Below are positions 50,216 to 63,032 of a DNA stretch of 64,000 nucleotides, piece after piece. The stretch is from contig NW_025964334.1 in the NCBI RefSeq assembly GCF_023055435.1, positions 11,656,001 to 11,720,000 of the forward strand. Direction: 5' to 3'. The number at the start of each line of letters is the position of its first letter. Position 1 is the stretch's first letter. Origin of the DNA: Haliotis rufescens (taxonomy: Eukaryota). The notes beneath the pieces were generated by a model that was not told where the DNA came from, searched no databases, and saw only the letters and a list, made by a program, of their open reading frames with translations. The position numbers were made by a program, and so were the translations under genes.

Positions 50216-52237
50216 CGCATAGAAAGGTAGGATGATGAACCAATGGCTTATCTCAGCCACCATAACATACATAATGTATGTACAAGCTTCACACAAACAG
50301 CCAAGCATGTCCAGGTGTAATGGGATACACTGATAGTGACGCCGACGAGTAAGCCTCATCGCAATACATAATGGAAACACTGACACAGTATTGCCAGTCT
50401 ATTGACAGGGTCGTATAGCATGTTTGATGGGGCTAACACAGCCGAAGGAAGCCATGCCCTGGTGGGTGTTCTCGTATTATACTTGCTGAGCCAGATCAAA
50501 TAGAAAGTTTAATGATTTCAGAAACACTTGACATACTCTCTGGAGCGTACGTTCATGTACAATATACCAGGCCATAGTCTTGTATTGTGTTGCTAACCAC
50601 TTGTGTCTTAACGAGAAAATCATTCTTGCCCCAATCGGGTCCAATCGGCTTATTCCGATCTCTACCTTATAGCTCGGGCACCAATTTGGTATTGAGGTAA
50701 GGAATTATTTCACTGCTATCCGTTTAACGGCAGATCCCCGTGCATATATAGCTTGTATAATCGACCGACCATTTAATATTCTGGGGGAAGGGGGAGGGGT
50801 CTGGGATTTTGCATCGAGAGTAGATATTTTAGGTATATTTTCTTAATTTAAAACTATGAGCCTGAATGTGTTTGTTTGCNNNNNNNNNNNNNNNNNNNNN
50901 NNNNNNNNNNNNNNNNNNNNNNNNNNNNNNNNNNNNNNNNNNNNNNNNNNNNNNNNNNNNNNNNNNNNNNNNNNNNNNNNNNNNNNNNNNNNNNNNNNNN
51001 NNNNNNNNNNNNNNTTGCAACTTTTGTAATTTTTGTGGCAGGCCATTTCCTTTTTTTTTCAACAGTCTAATGAAATTATTTTTTTCAAGAATTCGAGGAC
51101 AATGTATTTTTTGGATAAAATCTTGAGCAATATTCAACCTTTATGCCTGTAAATTATCGAGACAAAGCCTGAATCCCACGCTCCATCAAATCGCCTCATA
51201 CGACAGGCAGAGAGTGATTGGGGTCAACTGTAACCCAGAATCTTCACAGGGCGAAGGGCGGTCGGGTAGCCTAGTGGTTAAAGCGTTCTCTCGTCACGCT
51301 GTAGACCCGGGTTTGATTCCCGACATGGGTACAATGTGTGAAGCCCATTTCTGGTGTCCCCCGCCGTGATATTGGTGGAATATTGCTAAAAGCGGCGTAA
51401 AACCAAACTCACTCACTCACAGGGCGAAGAACACAGTAGCCAATAAATTGGATCGAGTGTTCAAGACTCGGCGATTTGCTTGATTGCGGTCAACGTTGTT
51501 TTTGTTTACAAAGAGACATACTCATATTAAACTACAGAAACAAAAATCGATTACTAGCTGATATGTTGTTCTAAGGCAATATTTATTTGACTACCCTTTT
51601 TCTAAGTATATGTGTATATACAGTGTTGCTAAGGATCGCAAGTTCCTATGCTGCACAACGTGATTATATTCATACCAATATCGATTTACACTGAAAAAAG
51701 CCAACAAAAAGGCTTATTGTGCAAGTCGTCGTGAGTGCTCAGGCGTTCAAAAATATATTATCGAAATAAAAAAAATGTTAACAGGCTGGATGTTGTTTGT
51801 TTGTTTGGTTTGTTTGCTATTAGCAACGCATTCAGCAATATTCAATTCAGCTATATGACGGCGGTAATAATCGAGTCTGGGACAGGCAACCCAATTTTTT
51901 AGCATCGAACAACGCAATGGGATACGATGTCATGCATCAACCAAGTCAGCGAGTCTGGCCACCCGTTGCCCCTCATGGGTTGCTGGAGTCTTATATTCTA
52001 ACCCGGAATCCACACTTGTTGGCTAAGCTTTGTTTTTGAATTTGTAAACAGCTTGAAGTCAAAACCTATACATAAATATTCGTTTTGTTTATTTTCTTAA
52101 AAAAGCATGTTGAACAAACATTACATCTGGATTACTGACATAATCAATGAATATAACAATAGTGAGTAAGTAATAAGTAATGCTATATAGATTCAGAACA
52201 GAGAGTGAGTTTGGTTAAATTAACGCGACTTTAAACA

Positions 52238-52911
52238 CATCTTCCCGAGGCAAGGGAGTTAACTGACTGTAAAAGTCCAGTTTCCACCCTTGCCGAACAA
52301 GGCTGGAATTTCTGGGCGAATACGAGTTTTGTCCCTTCTATGTCCCAATCCACCACTCACATCACTTGCCTTTGCTTCAAATAAAATAGATAGAGGTCGG
52401 GTAGCCTAGTGGTTAAAGCGTTCGCTCGTCACGCCGAAGACCCAGGTTCGATTCCCGACATGGGTACAATGTGTGAAGTTCATTTCTGGTGTTCCCCGTC
52501 GTGATATTGCTGGAATATAGCTAAAAGCGGCGTAAAAACCCCACTCACTTACTCAAATAAAATGGTGTCGCCCAGTGAAGATGATCTTATCGATAATCAA
52601 GACCTATATTGTAATAAAACGGGCCTTACTTCGCGATGTGCATCAAATCCCGTGACCACCTTGATTAAAAACATAAACAGATTTGGAGAATATCTGTTAA
52701 AGATAAGTTGTCCGAACACATGCTTTATAAATCCTGCAATCGACCGAAATCGGTACGGCAGTTTACGAACCGGATGTCGATTTCGATATTGATTGGACAA
52801 TGCATCGACTAGTTTGTCCAGCCGAAATATTACTCCATAATTTTAGCCTAGTTCGGCAAGGGTGGAAACGATACTTTTATAATCAGTTAACTCCCTTGCC
52901 TCAGTAAGATG
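52238..52911. mobile_element. Same MITE family, carrying a nested family B SINE and itself inserted in an older SINE
   Basis: TIRs as in 6623-7133; SINE at 52392-52553 flanked by CAAATAAAAT. Confidence 0.85.
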
Positions 52912-55812
52912 CTATATTATATCACCACGCGTGTCAGCTTGGTGGAGGCGGAAGGGCCGGGGTTCGATCCCCGGCGGCGTCATACAAAAAGACGTTAAAA
53001 GATGGTACTTGTTGTTACCCTGTCTGGTGCCCCCGTAAGGGGCTAAAACAAGACGGGTGGTAACACGTTCGCTCGTTACACTGAAGGCCCGGGTTTGATC
53101 ATCTTCCTGGGGCAAGGGAGTTAAATGACTATAAAAGGCCAGTCCCTTGCCGAACTAGTTGACGGTACACATGTTTTGCAAATCCTCCAATCGACCGAAA
53201 TCTCCACGGCAGTTTTCGAACCGGGTGACGTTACGCGATTTCCGATTGGACTTTGAATAGACTCCATAGTCCATACAAAACATGACTACGAAATTCCAGC
53301 CCAGTGCGGCAAGGGTTGAAAGGGACTTTTAAAGTCAGTTAATTCCCTTGCCTCGGGAAGATGTACAAAGTGTGAAGCTCATTTCTGATAATCACCGTCG
53401 TGAGGTTGCTGGAACGTTATTAAGAGCGGCGTAAGGCCAAACTTACTTATGCGGACTAGGGGAAACGGGTGGCCCAGGCGTCTAAGGCGTCATGTGTACA
53501 GTTACCTCCCTTGGCGCGACAGAATCCTATGATTGTTAGTTCGATTCCGAGATTCGGCCTGTTTATGTTTCTAGGTTTGTCTGCACCACGTGCTCGAGGG
53601 TTTCACCAAGCTGTTAAACGTCTACAACTTTCACCATGGGTTTCAACGCATTGTCTCGTGAGAATTCATGCACTGGTTCAAAGCAGCGTTTAGCCAAATG
53701 CAATCACTCAATATTAACAATGAACGCATTCATGGACTAACAAAACGTAATAACTACGACACCAGGCTGGTGACTTCTAAAAACGTAACAGGTAGGTGGA
53801 TATATGGATAGGTGTTCAGTGTTAACGTTGTGACAGGAGACATGTTAATGAGTGGTAACGGCGTTGATTCTTTGCATCTAACCCATCGATAACACATTGA
53901 TTCAACCAACGTATCCATATTGATAAAGGAGGAATATGTTTGATGTTTTCTCTGATTAATGATCACTCCGGAAGTGAGTAAAGGAACTAGCGAACTCTTA
54001 ATCGATCTGAAGTGATTGAAAAGAAACAATGACGAGTGGTGTATCTCCACCTGGGGGCTGTGTCCGGTCAACGTTCACACCCACTGCTCTGTTTCAATGA
54101 GAGGCAGGCTGGTCCAATCTGTACAGGTGTGTTCCTTAGGCACTCCAGAAAGCTATGATCTTGGGTTCGAATCCCTGTCCGATCCGATTATGTTTGTCAA
54201 CTTCCTACCCGTGCTCGTGGGTTTCACGAAAGTGGTAAACGTCTCTGACACCTGCATTACTTCGGGCTTTCCTCCAACATCAAGCTGACACGCCGTGATA
54301 TAACTGGAACACCTTTCAAAGCGACTTTAAACCCAACTCACTCACTCTGTGTCGATGAGAATGACTTAGGTTTTACAGATTGATGTGTGAGGAAAGCCCG
54401 TAGTTTTGTGGACCAACTTTGTGAAACCCAGAACCACGGGTATATATTGGAGCGATTCCTATTTCGAACTCACGATCTGCGGATCGCGACACGGCCAAGG
54501 GACGCAACTCTGCAACGCTCTTTATGCCATAGTGTTGCACCCTCACCCAACACCTACAACCACCACCTCTTGTTATCAATAGATGATCCAAACATTAAGA
54601 CTTAATATTGAGGATCTTGAACAAATTCATCCTTATCCGAAGCATTGTTTTAAATGTTTTCACATCGATCAGGAATTTTGTAAAAGTAATCATAATATTA
54701 AAAACAATTGAAAAGAAAATATTGTTTTTATATAGTACCAGCGGCCCTTCTGGTATTTAAATTGGTCAAGTATTGATTACCAAAAAAATGTAAGACATAT
54801 ACCAAAGGATATCATTGTCAACCATCGGTGGAGGGTCAAGCGAGCCATTGGGATTCCCGGTAAGAAAATAGACCCCGAGCAACCCGTGCTTGTCAAAAGG
54901 TGCGACGACATGTATCGGGTGGTCATGCTCGGTAACCTGGTTGATTTGCCTGTCATGGTATCGCAATTGCGTGGATCGAGGCTCCTGACGCCATTCCCGG
55001 ATTTGCCTGTTCTAGATTCGATTATTTACAGACCGCTGTCATATAGTTGAAATTCTGCGGCGAACACACAAACAAACAAATATGCTCAAGCTGAGTAACA
55101 ACGCTTGTGAATGGCCTGTCAGCTGAAAGATTAAATTTTGAAACTGGATCATTTCGCGTCCGGCACCAACGCACACCCAAGGGCTAATGCCACACACGCA
55201 AGCAAAGGCACCTAGCCGTTTTTGTCCGCCAGTGGGTTCATTTACTGCCCGCGCGCGTGCGTGCGTGCNNNNNNNNNNNNNNNNNNNNNNNNNNNNNNNN
55301 NNNNNNNNNNNNNNNNNNNNNNNNNNNNNNNNNNNNNNNNNNNNNNNNNNNNNNNNNNNNNNNNNNNNNNNNNNNNNNNNNNNNNNNNNNNNNNNNNNNN
55401 NNNNNNNNNNNNNNNTGTGTGTGTGCCTCTGTGTGGTGTGTGTGCCTCTGTGTGTGGTGTGCGTGTGTGTGTGTGCGTGCGCGCGTGTGTGTGTACGAAC
55501 ATCTGGCTATGTATGTTAAGGTTGGATCACAACATTCAACCCTTCAGATCTGTCGCGCTTGAAATCATATATATAACTGCGATGTGATAGCTGACTTTGC
55601 GCAGAAAGGTATTGTGTCAGAGACAATGATCTGATTTGAATGAGAAGGCTGGACAAGATGACCGCAATCATCAATGTCTCCCATTACATGTATAACGCCG
55701 ATGTAACCAGTGTTCCTACAGAATCCTTGAGCATATCCTAAGAGCCCGATTCATAATTTACAGTTATACTCCCTTAGGATGAGAAGAACACCTAACGTGA
55801 AACTGTACTCAC

Positions 55813-55832
55813 CTTGTCGGAAACCCTGTCAT
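55813..55832 (-). CDS. Tentative first coding exon of the - strand gene
   Basis: ATG ACA GGG TTT CCG ACA AG|gtgagt (consensus donor), phase 2, compatible with 45014; promoter-like motifs ~250 bp upstream. Confidence 0.3.
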
Positions 55833-56371
55833 CTGTGATGTATGGTGTTTGTTTGTTTTTTCTTCTTCATAAAACCACAGACCACTTTGTTTTCAGTTAC
55901 GGCAGTTGGTGTACACAAATCGATTTACTTTCATTGATGAGCGAATCGTGTTCTACAGCGTATTTTTCAGTTTGTATGAGTGAATCAATACTGCTTTGTG
56001 TCATGGTTGATGCATAGGTTCATTGATTCCTTTCTCCCATCCTTTGTTTACATCCGTGTTGCCATGGAGTTTAAACTTCCGGTATTGTCTCATCGTCTGT
56101 TGCTCATGGTGAAGCGGAAACAAGAGAATTAAGTAAAAAATGTATCACATTATACGTGTGTGTGTATAGTTCGTTCTTTTAACGCTTCTTTTAACAGTAT
56201 TTCAGTCACGACACGATGTGTCAGTTTTATATGGTAGGAACGTCCTAACCGATGCAGGTTTTAAACGTTTACCACATCGTTGAAACCTGTGATAATGGAT
56301 ATGGTTTAGGCAAAACCGAGGATCATAATCGGTATGTAGGATGTAGGCAAACCGAGGATCATAATCGGTAC

Positions 56372-57293
56372 TGTTATATGGCAGTGTATTTTAATGTTAA
56401 ACAATGATTGTAACTGTATTACCTTGTTTCTGTTGAGATTCAGTAGAAGCTCATTGCATTGTATTTGGACAGTGATTAGTTGTCAGGAATGTAGTACTGT
56501 TTAATGTAAGCAGTTTTGAGGAAGTTATATCTAGATTGTGTCATGTGTAAACTTCCGGAATACCGCGGATTGCGATAAAGTGTAATAGAAACATGTGGAA
56601 TATTCCATGTTGTGGAAATTCCTAGTAGCTAGTCAGATTGTATATAATGGGACAAGAGCGTGCCTCCCGTATCCCGTAGACCAGCTTTCGTGTGTGGATC
56701 ACTCATCACCTAGGCCTTTCTCGGAAGCTTCACCACTGTCGCCGCTGGGTGAATTTACTGTTATCACTGACTTTTGCTATCACTACTGCATTTTGGTATT
56801 TGATAGTGACCACTGCCATCATATTATGCATTGCCATTGAATATTGTACTACCACTCTATTGTGTACTGCCATTGTAATTTCTGTGCAGTAATTTGTATT
56901 GATTTGTAAATCTAGTGATTTTTGGTAATACATTTGTTGATTGTATACCATTTGTTGGTTGTTTGTTTCACCTAGGTTTCAGACCCGTGAAGACCCAGGG
57001 TATAATAGGTCTTCAGCAACCCATGCTTGCCGTAAAAGGCGACTGTGCTTGTCGTAAGAGACGACTAACGGGATCGAGAGGTCAGGCTCCAATTGCGTGG
57101 ATCGATGCTCATTATATCAATCACTGAATTGTCTGATCCAGACTCGATTATTTACAGACAGCCGCCATATAGCTGAAAGATTGCTGATTGCGGCGTTAAA
57201 CAACAAACAAAAACTTAGGTTTCACACTAAGTTCTTTTACGTACAGATTTCTGGGTTAACATATTGTTTAAATTTGGGAATCGACACGTAACA
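56372..57293 (+). mobile_element. Solo LTR (Gypsy-like) with a nested family A retroposon
   Basis: TGTTA...TAACA termini, 4-bp TSD GTAC, TATA-like TATATAA at 56641; family A copy at 56982-57211 flanked by TAGGTTTCA; interrupts an old family C SINE. Confidence 0.85.
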
Positions 57294-58578
57294 GTACTGA
57301 ACATGGACTCAAACCCTTGACCAGTGGGCGATACGGGCCTCACACCACATGTACACAGGAAATAAAAGAAATTCTCGTTGCTGCGATTATGTTCTGGTTA
57401 TTAAGATTATTTTCTCGTTGCTTCGAGTTTTTTTCTCGTTACTTCGATTATTTTCTCGTTATTTCAATTATTTTGTCGAAAGTTATAGGTTTTAAAATTA
57501 ACTTGAAAAAACGAGAAAATCATTATTGTAACGACAAAAAACTCGTAATTTAAAGAAATACGTATGCTACCAAAGTGGCACCATAAGGCTTTCGTATGTT
57601 AGTACAGTGAGACATGTCGGATAACCATGACTTAGAATAGGCGAGTTGAATATCAGTATTTATTTCTATTTCTACGTCTTTCAAACCTTACAACAGGCTG
57701 GTGTGGTGTTGATGTCAGCTGGTAGTATTTTAGCTTCTCATCGTTTGTCGCCTCGTGAAGATCTGGGTTAGGCTTGGTATTCAGCAACCCATGTGTGTCG
57801 TAAGAGGCGACTAACGGGATCGGGTGGTCAGGCTCGCTGACTTGGGTGATGCATGTCATCGTATCCCATTTGTGTAGAGTGATGCCCATGGTGTCAATCA
57901 CTGGATAGTCTAGCGATGAGAAACACGAAAACCGTATACGGCGCCCTTATCATTCTTGTTGTTTATTTGTTTCTAATTTATCTTTAATGTTTTTGACGTG
58001 TATGTGGGAATGTGTAGATGTATTATAAGTTCTTAACCGATCTCGAGGAGATATGGTGTGATGAACCCCGTGTGTGTGCCTATGTACATCGAGCCGTCGA
58101 ATTTATCTTACAAATATCTATCATACAAATAGAATTTACGTCCGCAGTTTCACCGAGTTAGTAAACGACGCAAACGGACAGAGTTACTTCCCTTTCGGAT
58201 TCGGATAAACATCGGTTCATTTCAACGATACTTATTGGAGATATGCACGTTACCTACAATGTGTTCCGACTGATTCAGCGAGCTTCGTGCAAATTATAAC
58301 CAATTATATAGAGGCTAATTTGTTTATGTAAGGTGTGATAATGATGCGTTTGTGATTATGTAATAAACGATACAATTAATTAAAATACTTATATTGCTAA
58401 ATAGGATTGCGTTAGTTTGCTATATGTTTGTGCATCTAAGGGTAGAGCAATACTTTTACTTCTATAAACAATCACGATTTATTGAAGCATACATGTCTTT
58501 AAAGGACAATTGTTTTCTTTTTTTCAATAGCAGACTCATTATTATTATTATTATCATCATCATCATCATCATTATTAT

Positions 58579-59142
58579 TTACAGATTAAAATAAAAAATG
58601 CCGCAAAGAGGGTTTGGGTGATCCTGGCATAGTCATGCTGGTTAGGCTCATCATCAGCTCAGTGCCCTTGCCCCCTCTGCACGCAGCCCAGACAGCGAAT
58701 GGGACTTCTCCCAGGAAGCGCTGCCTAGTCGACCCCACCCAGAACTTTTCGGAGAATGTGAAGACTCCCCAACACTGCAGCCTTCTGCATTACCCAGATT
58801 GTCAGAAGGGCTGTATTCCTGGTAGCAAACCCGGGTACTCTCCCAATGTCGGTCAGATTGGGAGGTACCAAACCTAAGGCACTGAGAACAATGGGGAGTC
58901 GGACAACTTGGTACTTGCGATGCAAGCGTGACATTTCGAAAGCGAGGTCCGCATATTTGCCATGTTTTTCCTCAATCCTGTCAATCAAATTACTGTCAAA
59001 GGGGACAGAAAATTCAATGATATAAAAGATTTCATTGGATTTATCAAAAAGGACAAGATCAGGTTTGTTTGCCTGGATACGTCTGAAGCTGTAAATGGGC
59101 CTATTCCAAAGAATTTTGTATTTATAATTTTCCAAGACACCC
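58579..59142 (-). mobile_element. 5'-truncated R4/Dong-like non-LTR retrotransposon (restriction-like endonuclease domain plus 3' UTR)
   Basis: ILWN..ANKPDLVLFDK..IIEFSVPFD..EKHGKYADL..PIVLSALG..MQKAAVLGSLHILRKVL; embedded in (TAA)/(TGA)/(CAA) microsatellite. Confidence 0.88.
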
Positions 59143-59499
59143 TCATCATCACCATCATCGTCATTATTATTAGTATCATTGTTGTTGTTGTTGTTGTTGT
59201 TGTTATTATTATTATCATTATATACCATCATTATTACTATTGTTGTTATTCTTGTTGATATCATTATTTATCTCATTATCAACCAGATATTATTAGCATT
59301 CTCATCATCATCATCATCATCAAGCAGTATTCACTCACAAGGCGTCATAATAATATTCAGTTTAGAGGGTTTTTTTGTTATCATGGATGTTGGTTTTTTT
59401 AAATACTCTCCCATTTGAAAAAGCAAAATGATGCAAATATCAAAAGTGTGCTCATAATTGTATTGCAAAAGTTCAGCAATGGACGAATGCCTAACTTTC

Positions 59500-59667
59500 A
59501 AGATGATCTTAAGAACAGGCGAGTTGTCTCCCTTGAAACTCTCCAGTCAAAGCGATCACATTCCACAAGCGTTACTTCCGCTGTCAATGTAAACAAGCTG
59601 AACACAATACTGTCGCCATCAATTGAGCGGTCGATCACACGTTCTTAGCTGCATATACCCCGACAAA
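59500..59667 (+). promoter_or_regulatory. Probable FAM221A proximal promoter/5' UTR
   Basis: Directly upstream of the ATG; ETS-like ACTTCCG, forkhead GTAAACAA (59589-59596), GAGTTGTCTCCCTT motif (59521). Confidence 0.45.
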
Positions 59668-59744
59668 ATGGCTGACAGACAGTATCACCTCAAATTTGAT
59701 GGCTCCAAGGCTCAAGCTGTCGATGCCTACCTCGAGTACAAAAG
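59668..59744 (+). CDS. FAM221A: Protein FAM221A, coding exon 1
   Basis: MADRQYHLKFDGSKAQAVDAYLEYK(R)|gtaaag; phase 2; matches the recalled AVDEYLEYRR of vertebrate FAM221A. Confidence 0.9.
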
Positions 59745-61374
59745 GTAAAGGCCGCGCTGTTTGTGCATGCTGTTATTCTTCCTTCTCTCACTCTCAGTCA
59801 AAGTGTCGTGTGCAAGGTTGAGCAGTGTAAAGCGTGACCGTGACCTCTGTCACCTGAGTACAAATAGGCCATTTGAAATAGTGTCTACGACATAATCTTA
59901 GTCTTCAATACAGACTTTGTGAACAGACAAGGGAAACATAGTGTAAAATATGTATCGATACTCATATGTTGATGTCGACTATACTCTACGTGTTGCATCC
60001 CCGCGTTATGGATTTCCGGACTCTAAAGAAACAACTGTTTCTTCTCTGATCACATGAACAACTGTAAAGCATCTCATTCACTTTTAAAAGACAACTTTCC
60101 CTTGAAAACAAGCCCTCATCTGAGTATTTACAATTCCCGTGTGCAAAGCAATATCGAAAGTTATTGGTAGCATGAATCTAAGTTGATTAACTGGTTCGGT
60201 TTGACACCTGTATACCCAACATGTTATATCATATTTGTATGATTTTCATATTGTTTTATTAGTTAATGATTATCATTTATATTTTGGAGATTATTAATGT
60301 TACTCGTGCAATATACTATTATACTATTTTTTATCCTTTCATTATAAAAAAAATTATTACAAAGGAAAACAATGAACACGCATGCCTGCTTTGGATCATG
60401 GAAATTGAATTATAACATTGAAACAACGGTTATTGCAAATTTCTAATGTTCGGAGTGATATCTCGTGTTGATCTAAAACAGTACTCGCCGTCAAAAACCT
60501 GTTTGCATTCTTGTAACGCAGAAGTCGGCAACACATAAATTCAGTTTTACAGGAGAGGTCACGTGCCAATGTTTGCCAGAACGGCTTTGTTAAACAAGGC
60601 GCACCCGTCAAGCGTACATGTAACTGCCGGTTAAATAGACTTCAAATAGACGAGGTCTCCGTCCTTGTATAAGTGGTTCAACTGGTCAGACAGGGCGATT
60701 GATATGTAGCGTTTCAGACATTTATGACATTATAAGTTCATGAATATAAATTATTTGTGAATCATTAAATCATTATGAGCTGTTGTAATCTGAACGTGCG
60801 TCATTTGGGGGTTCCTCCAACACAAAGCTGACATGCTGTGATATCTGTTATCATTGTTAAGTTTCGAACAATTGATAGTATGGCATACAAACAGCTTTAT
60901 ATGTTTGTACATGGGGTTTTTTCAAATATTTTTATTTCTCTTTCATGCTTCGTGTAATTGTAATCGCCTTTAGAGGATTGAGCGTCTGCCTGTAGAGGGG
61001 AAGACGCACATGCACGCACGCACGCACGCATGTACGTAACAATATAAGTGCAATAATCTTGAACTCGACGTTAAACCCCATTTCACCTCACCTTACCCCA
61101 CTTTACCTCACCTAACCTCCCCTCACCTTTAGTGAGCGTTTAGTATGGTTGTAATAGAGAGGCGTTCATCATCACTACAGTGAAAAGATTATATGTTTCT
61201 GTCTAGCTCAGGTTCAGGGTATGCAGAATTATAATTATCTATTAACAGTTACAAATAGATGTACTATACTTTGCCTAGTAACTAGAGCGTGCACGTGTTC
61301 CATTTGTACGTAAGCAACAACCACATGCTAAGTGTATGCGACAAAAGCTATATTGTCACACTTGCCACTTCAAG

Positions 61375-61453
61375 GATTGTTGGAGAGGACGATGGCGGCG
61401 TCATGTTCACCCCCGACGAGTACGAGGACTATAAGAAAAGGGTCATCCCCATG
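61375..61453 (+). CDS. FAM221A: Protein FAM221A, coding exon 2
   Basis: cttcaag| IVGEDDGGVMFTPDEYEDYKKRVIPM |gtgagt; phase 2-0. Confidence 0.95.
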
Positions 61454-61754
61454 GTGAGTCCCCATCACCACCATCATCATCATCATCATCATCATCATCA
61501 TTGATAGCAGTTGTTTCTATTTATATATATTTATTTAAATGCCCTACAATGCACATTTACTGTTAGAGTTCTCTCAATTTCAATGTGGGTTTATGTCTTA
61601 CATGTGTTTGATTCTATTTATTTTAACGATCACTGTCATTATCATTATTGTCATTATTAAACTAAAATTGTTTTTATAAAATGTGTTACGGCCACATATA
61701 TATGTGCTTTGATAGTTATGACTGTTTGATCTGGTAGTACATTTCACCCTTCAG

Positions 61755-61849
61755 AGAATGAAAAACCGCCTGTTCACGAGTTGGTCATCCCCGTCTGGAA
61801 TGGACTGTAAGATGATTGGTCCAGAAACTCTTTGCTTCTGTAAACACAG
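61755..61849 (+). CDS. FAM221A: Protein FAM221A, coding exon 3
   Basis: cccttcag| RMKNRLFTSWSSPSGMDCKMIGPETLCFCKH(R) |gtaggt; phase 0-2. Confidence 0.95.
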
Positions 61850-62841
61850 GTAGGTTAACTACAACAACCAGGGCAGCCTCGAGCTGTCTTCAGGGAAGAG
61901 TTATTGATCGAAGCTCCTGTAAAATAAAGAGCTTGAAGCCACAACAACTGGAGATGCTGAAACATGGTCTATGATATCACCATTAATTATTCAGGAAGGT
62001 GTTTTTGGCGTTCTGGTTGATGTTGGTACTACGTAAATATCATCAGTGCAATATATAGTTTAAAAACACTGTGTATTACCCCGACAACTTATAACATGCT
62101 GTGTTGTAGTGATCCATGTGTGGTAAACCATGTTTGGTTATGGAGGCAAATGTATTCCATGAGAGCAAAACTATGTATATCGGACATGGTTGCCAGTGGT
62201 AACACCTTCCTTGACACACAGAGCGTTTTTATTGATATACATTTGTATATGATAAGGACAATTTGGGACTAAGTTTCCCATATACATCGTAATAAGCGAA
62301 ACACTCAGACCGAAAATTTACAAAACAGTCCGCATTTTCGTGTCTTTCTTGCATATTTGTATAAAAAAAACAGCAGTGTAGAAGGCATACTTGTTTAAAA
62401 TTGATCGTAACTATTATCGAAAACTCTTTTCATCGACGTTTGAACTAATCTTTTCACTTCCGCTATATGCAGTGTGAGTGAGTCGGGTTTTACGCCGCTT
62501 TTAGCAATATTCCCGCAATATCACGGCAGGGGACACCAGAAATGGGCTTTGTACTCATTGTACCCATGTGGGGAATCGAACCGGGTTTTCGGCGTGTCGA
62601 GCGAACGCTTTAACCACTAGGCTTCCCAAATGCCCCCACTATATACACAGATGTAACACATGTAACTCGCCGTTAANNNNNNNNNNNNNNNNNNNNNNNN
62701 NNNNNNNNNNNNNNNNNNNNNNNNNNNNNNNNNNNNNNNNNNNNNNNNNNNNNNNNNNNNNNNNNNNNNNNNNNNNNNNNNNNNNNNNNNNNNNNNNNNN
62801 NNNNNNGGGCGTTTATCACTGTGATTGTGTCCTCCGTGCAG

Positions 62842-63032
62842 GTACAAGCAACACCAGACCGATTTTGAGGATATCCCCACAGAACGCCCGATCCCCCTCC
62901 CGTGCAGGGCCAAGGGGTGCAAGTGCATCTCCTACCACTACGTCCCCCTCAACGGCGGGCAGCCGGTCCGCTGCACGTGCAAACACACGGCCGATGAACA
63001 CTCTGAGAAGGGGCCGTTTGTGTGCAAAAAAG
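62842..63032 (+). CDS. FAM221A: Protein FAM221A, coding exon 4 (gene continues beyond the window)
   Basis: ccgtgcag| YKQHQTDFEDIPTERPIPLPCRAKGCKCISYHYVPLNGGQPVRCTCKHTADEHSEKGPFVCKK |gttgcg; phase 2-1. Confidence 0.93.

Noticed and set aside
61464-61501. Poly-His tail in ORF 61289-61504
   Set aside because: (CAT)n microsatellite lying after the FAM221A exon 2 donor, so intronic.
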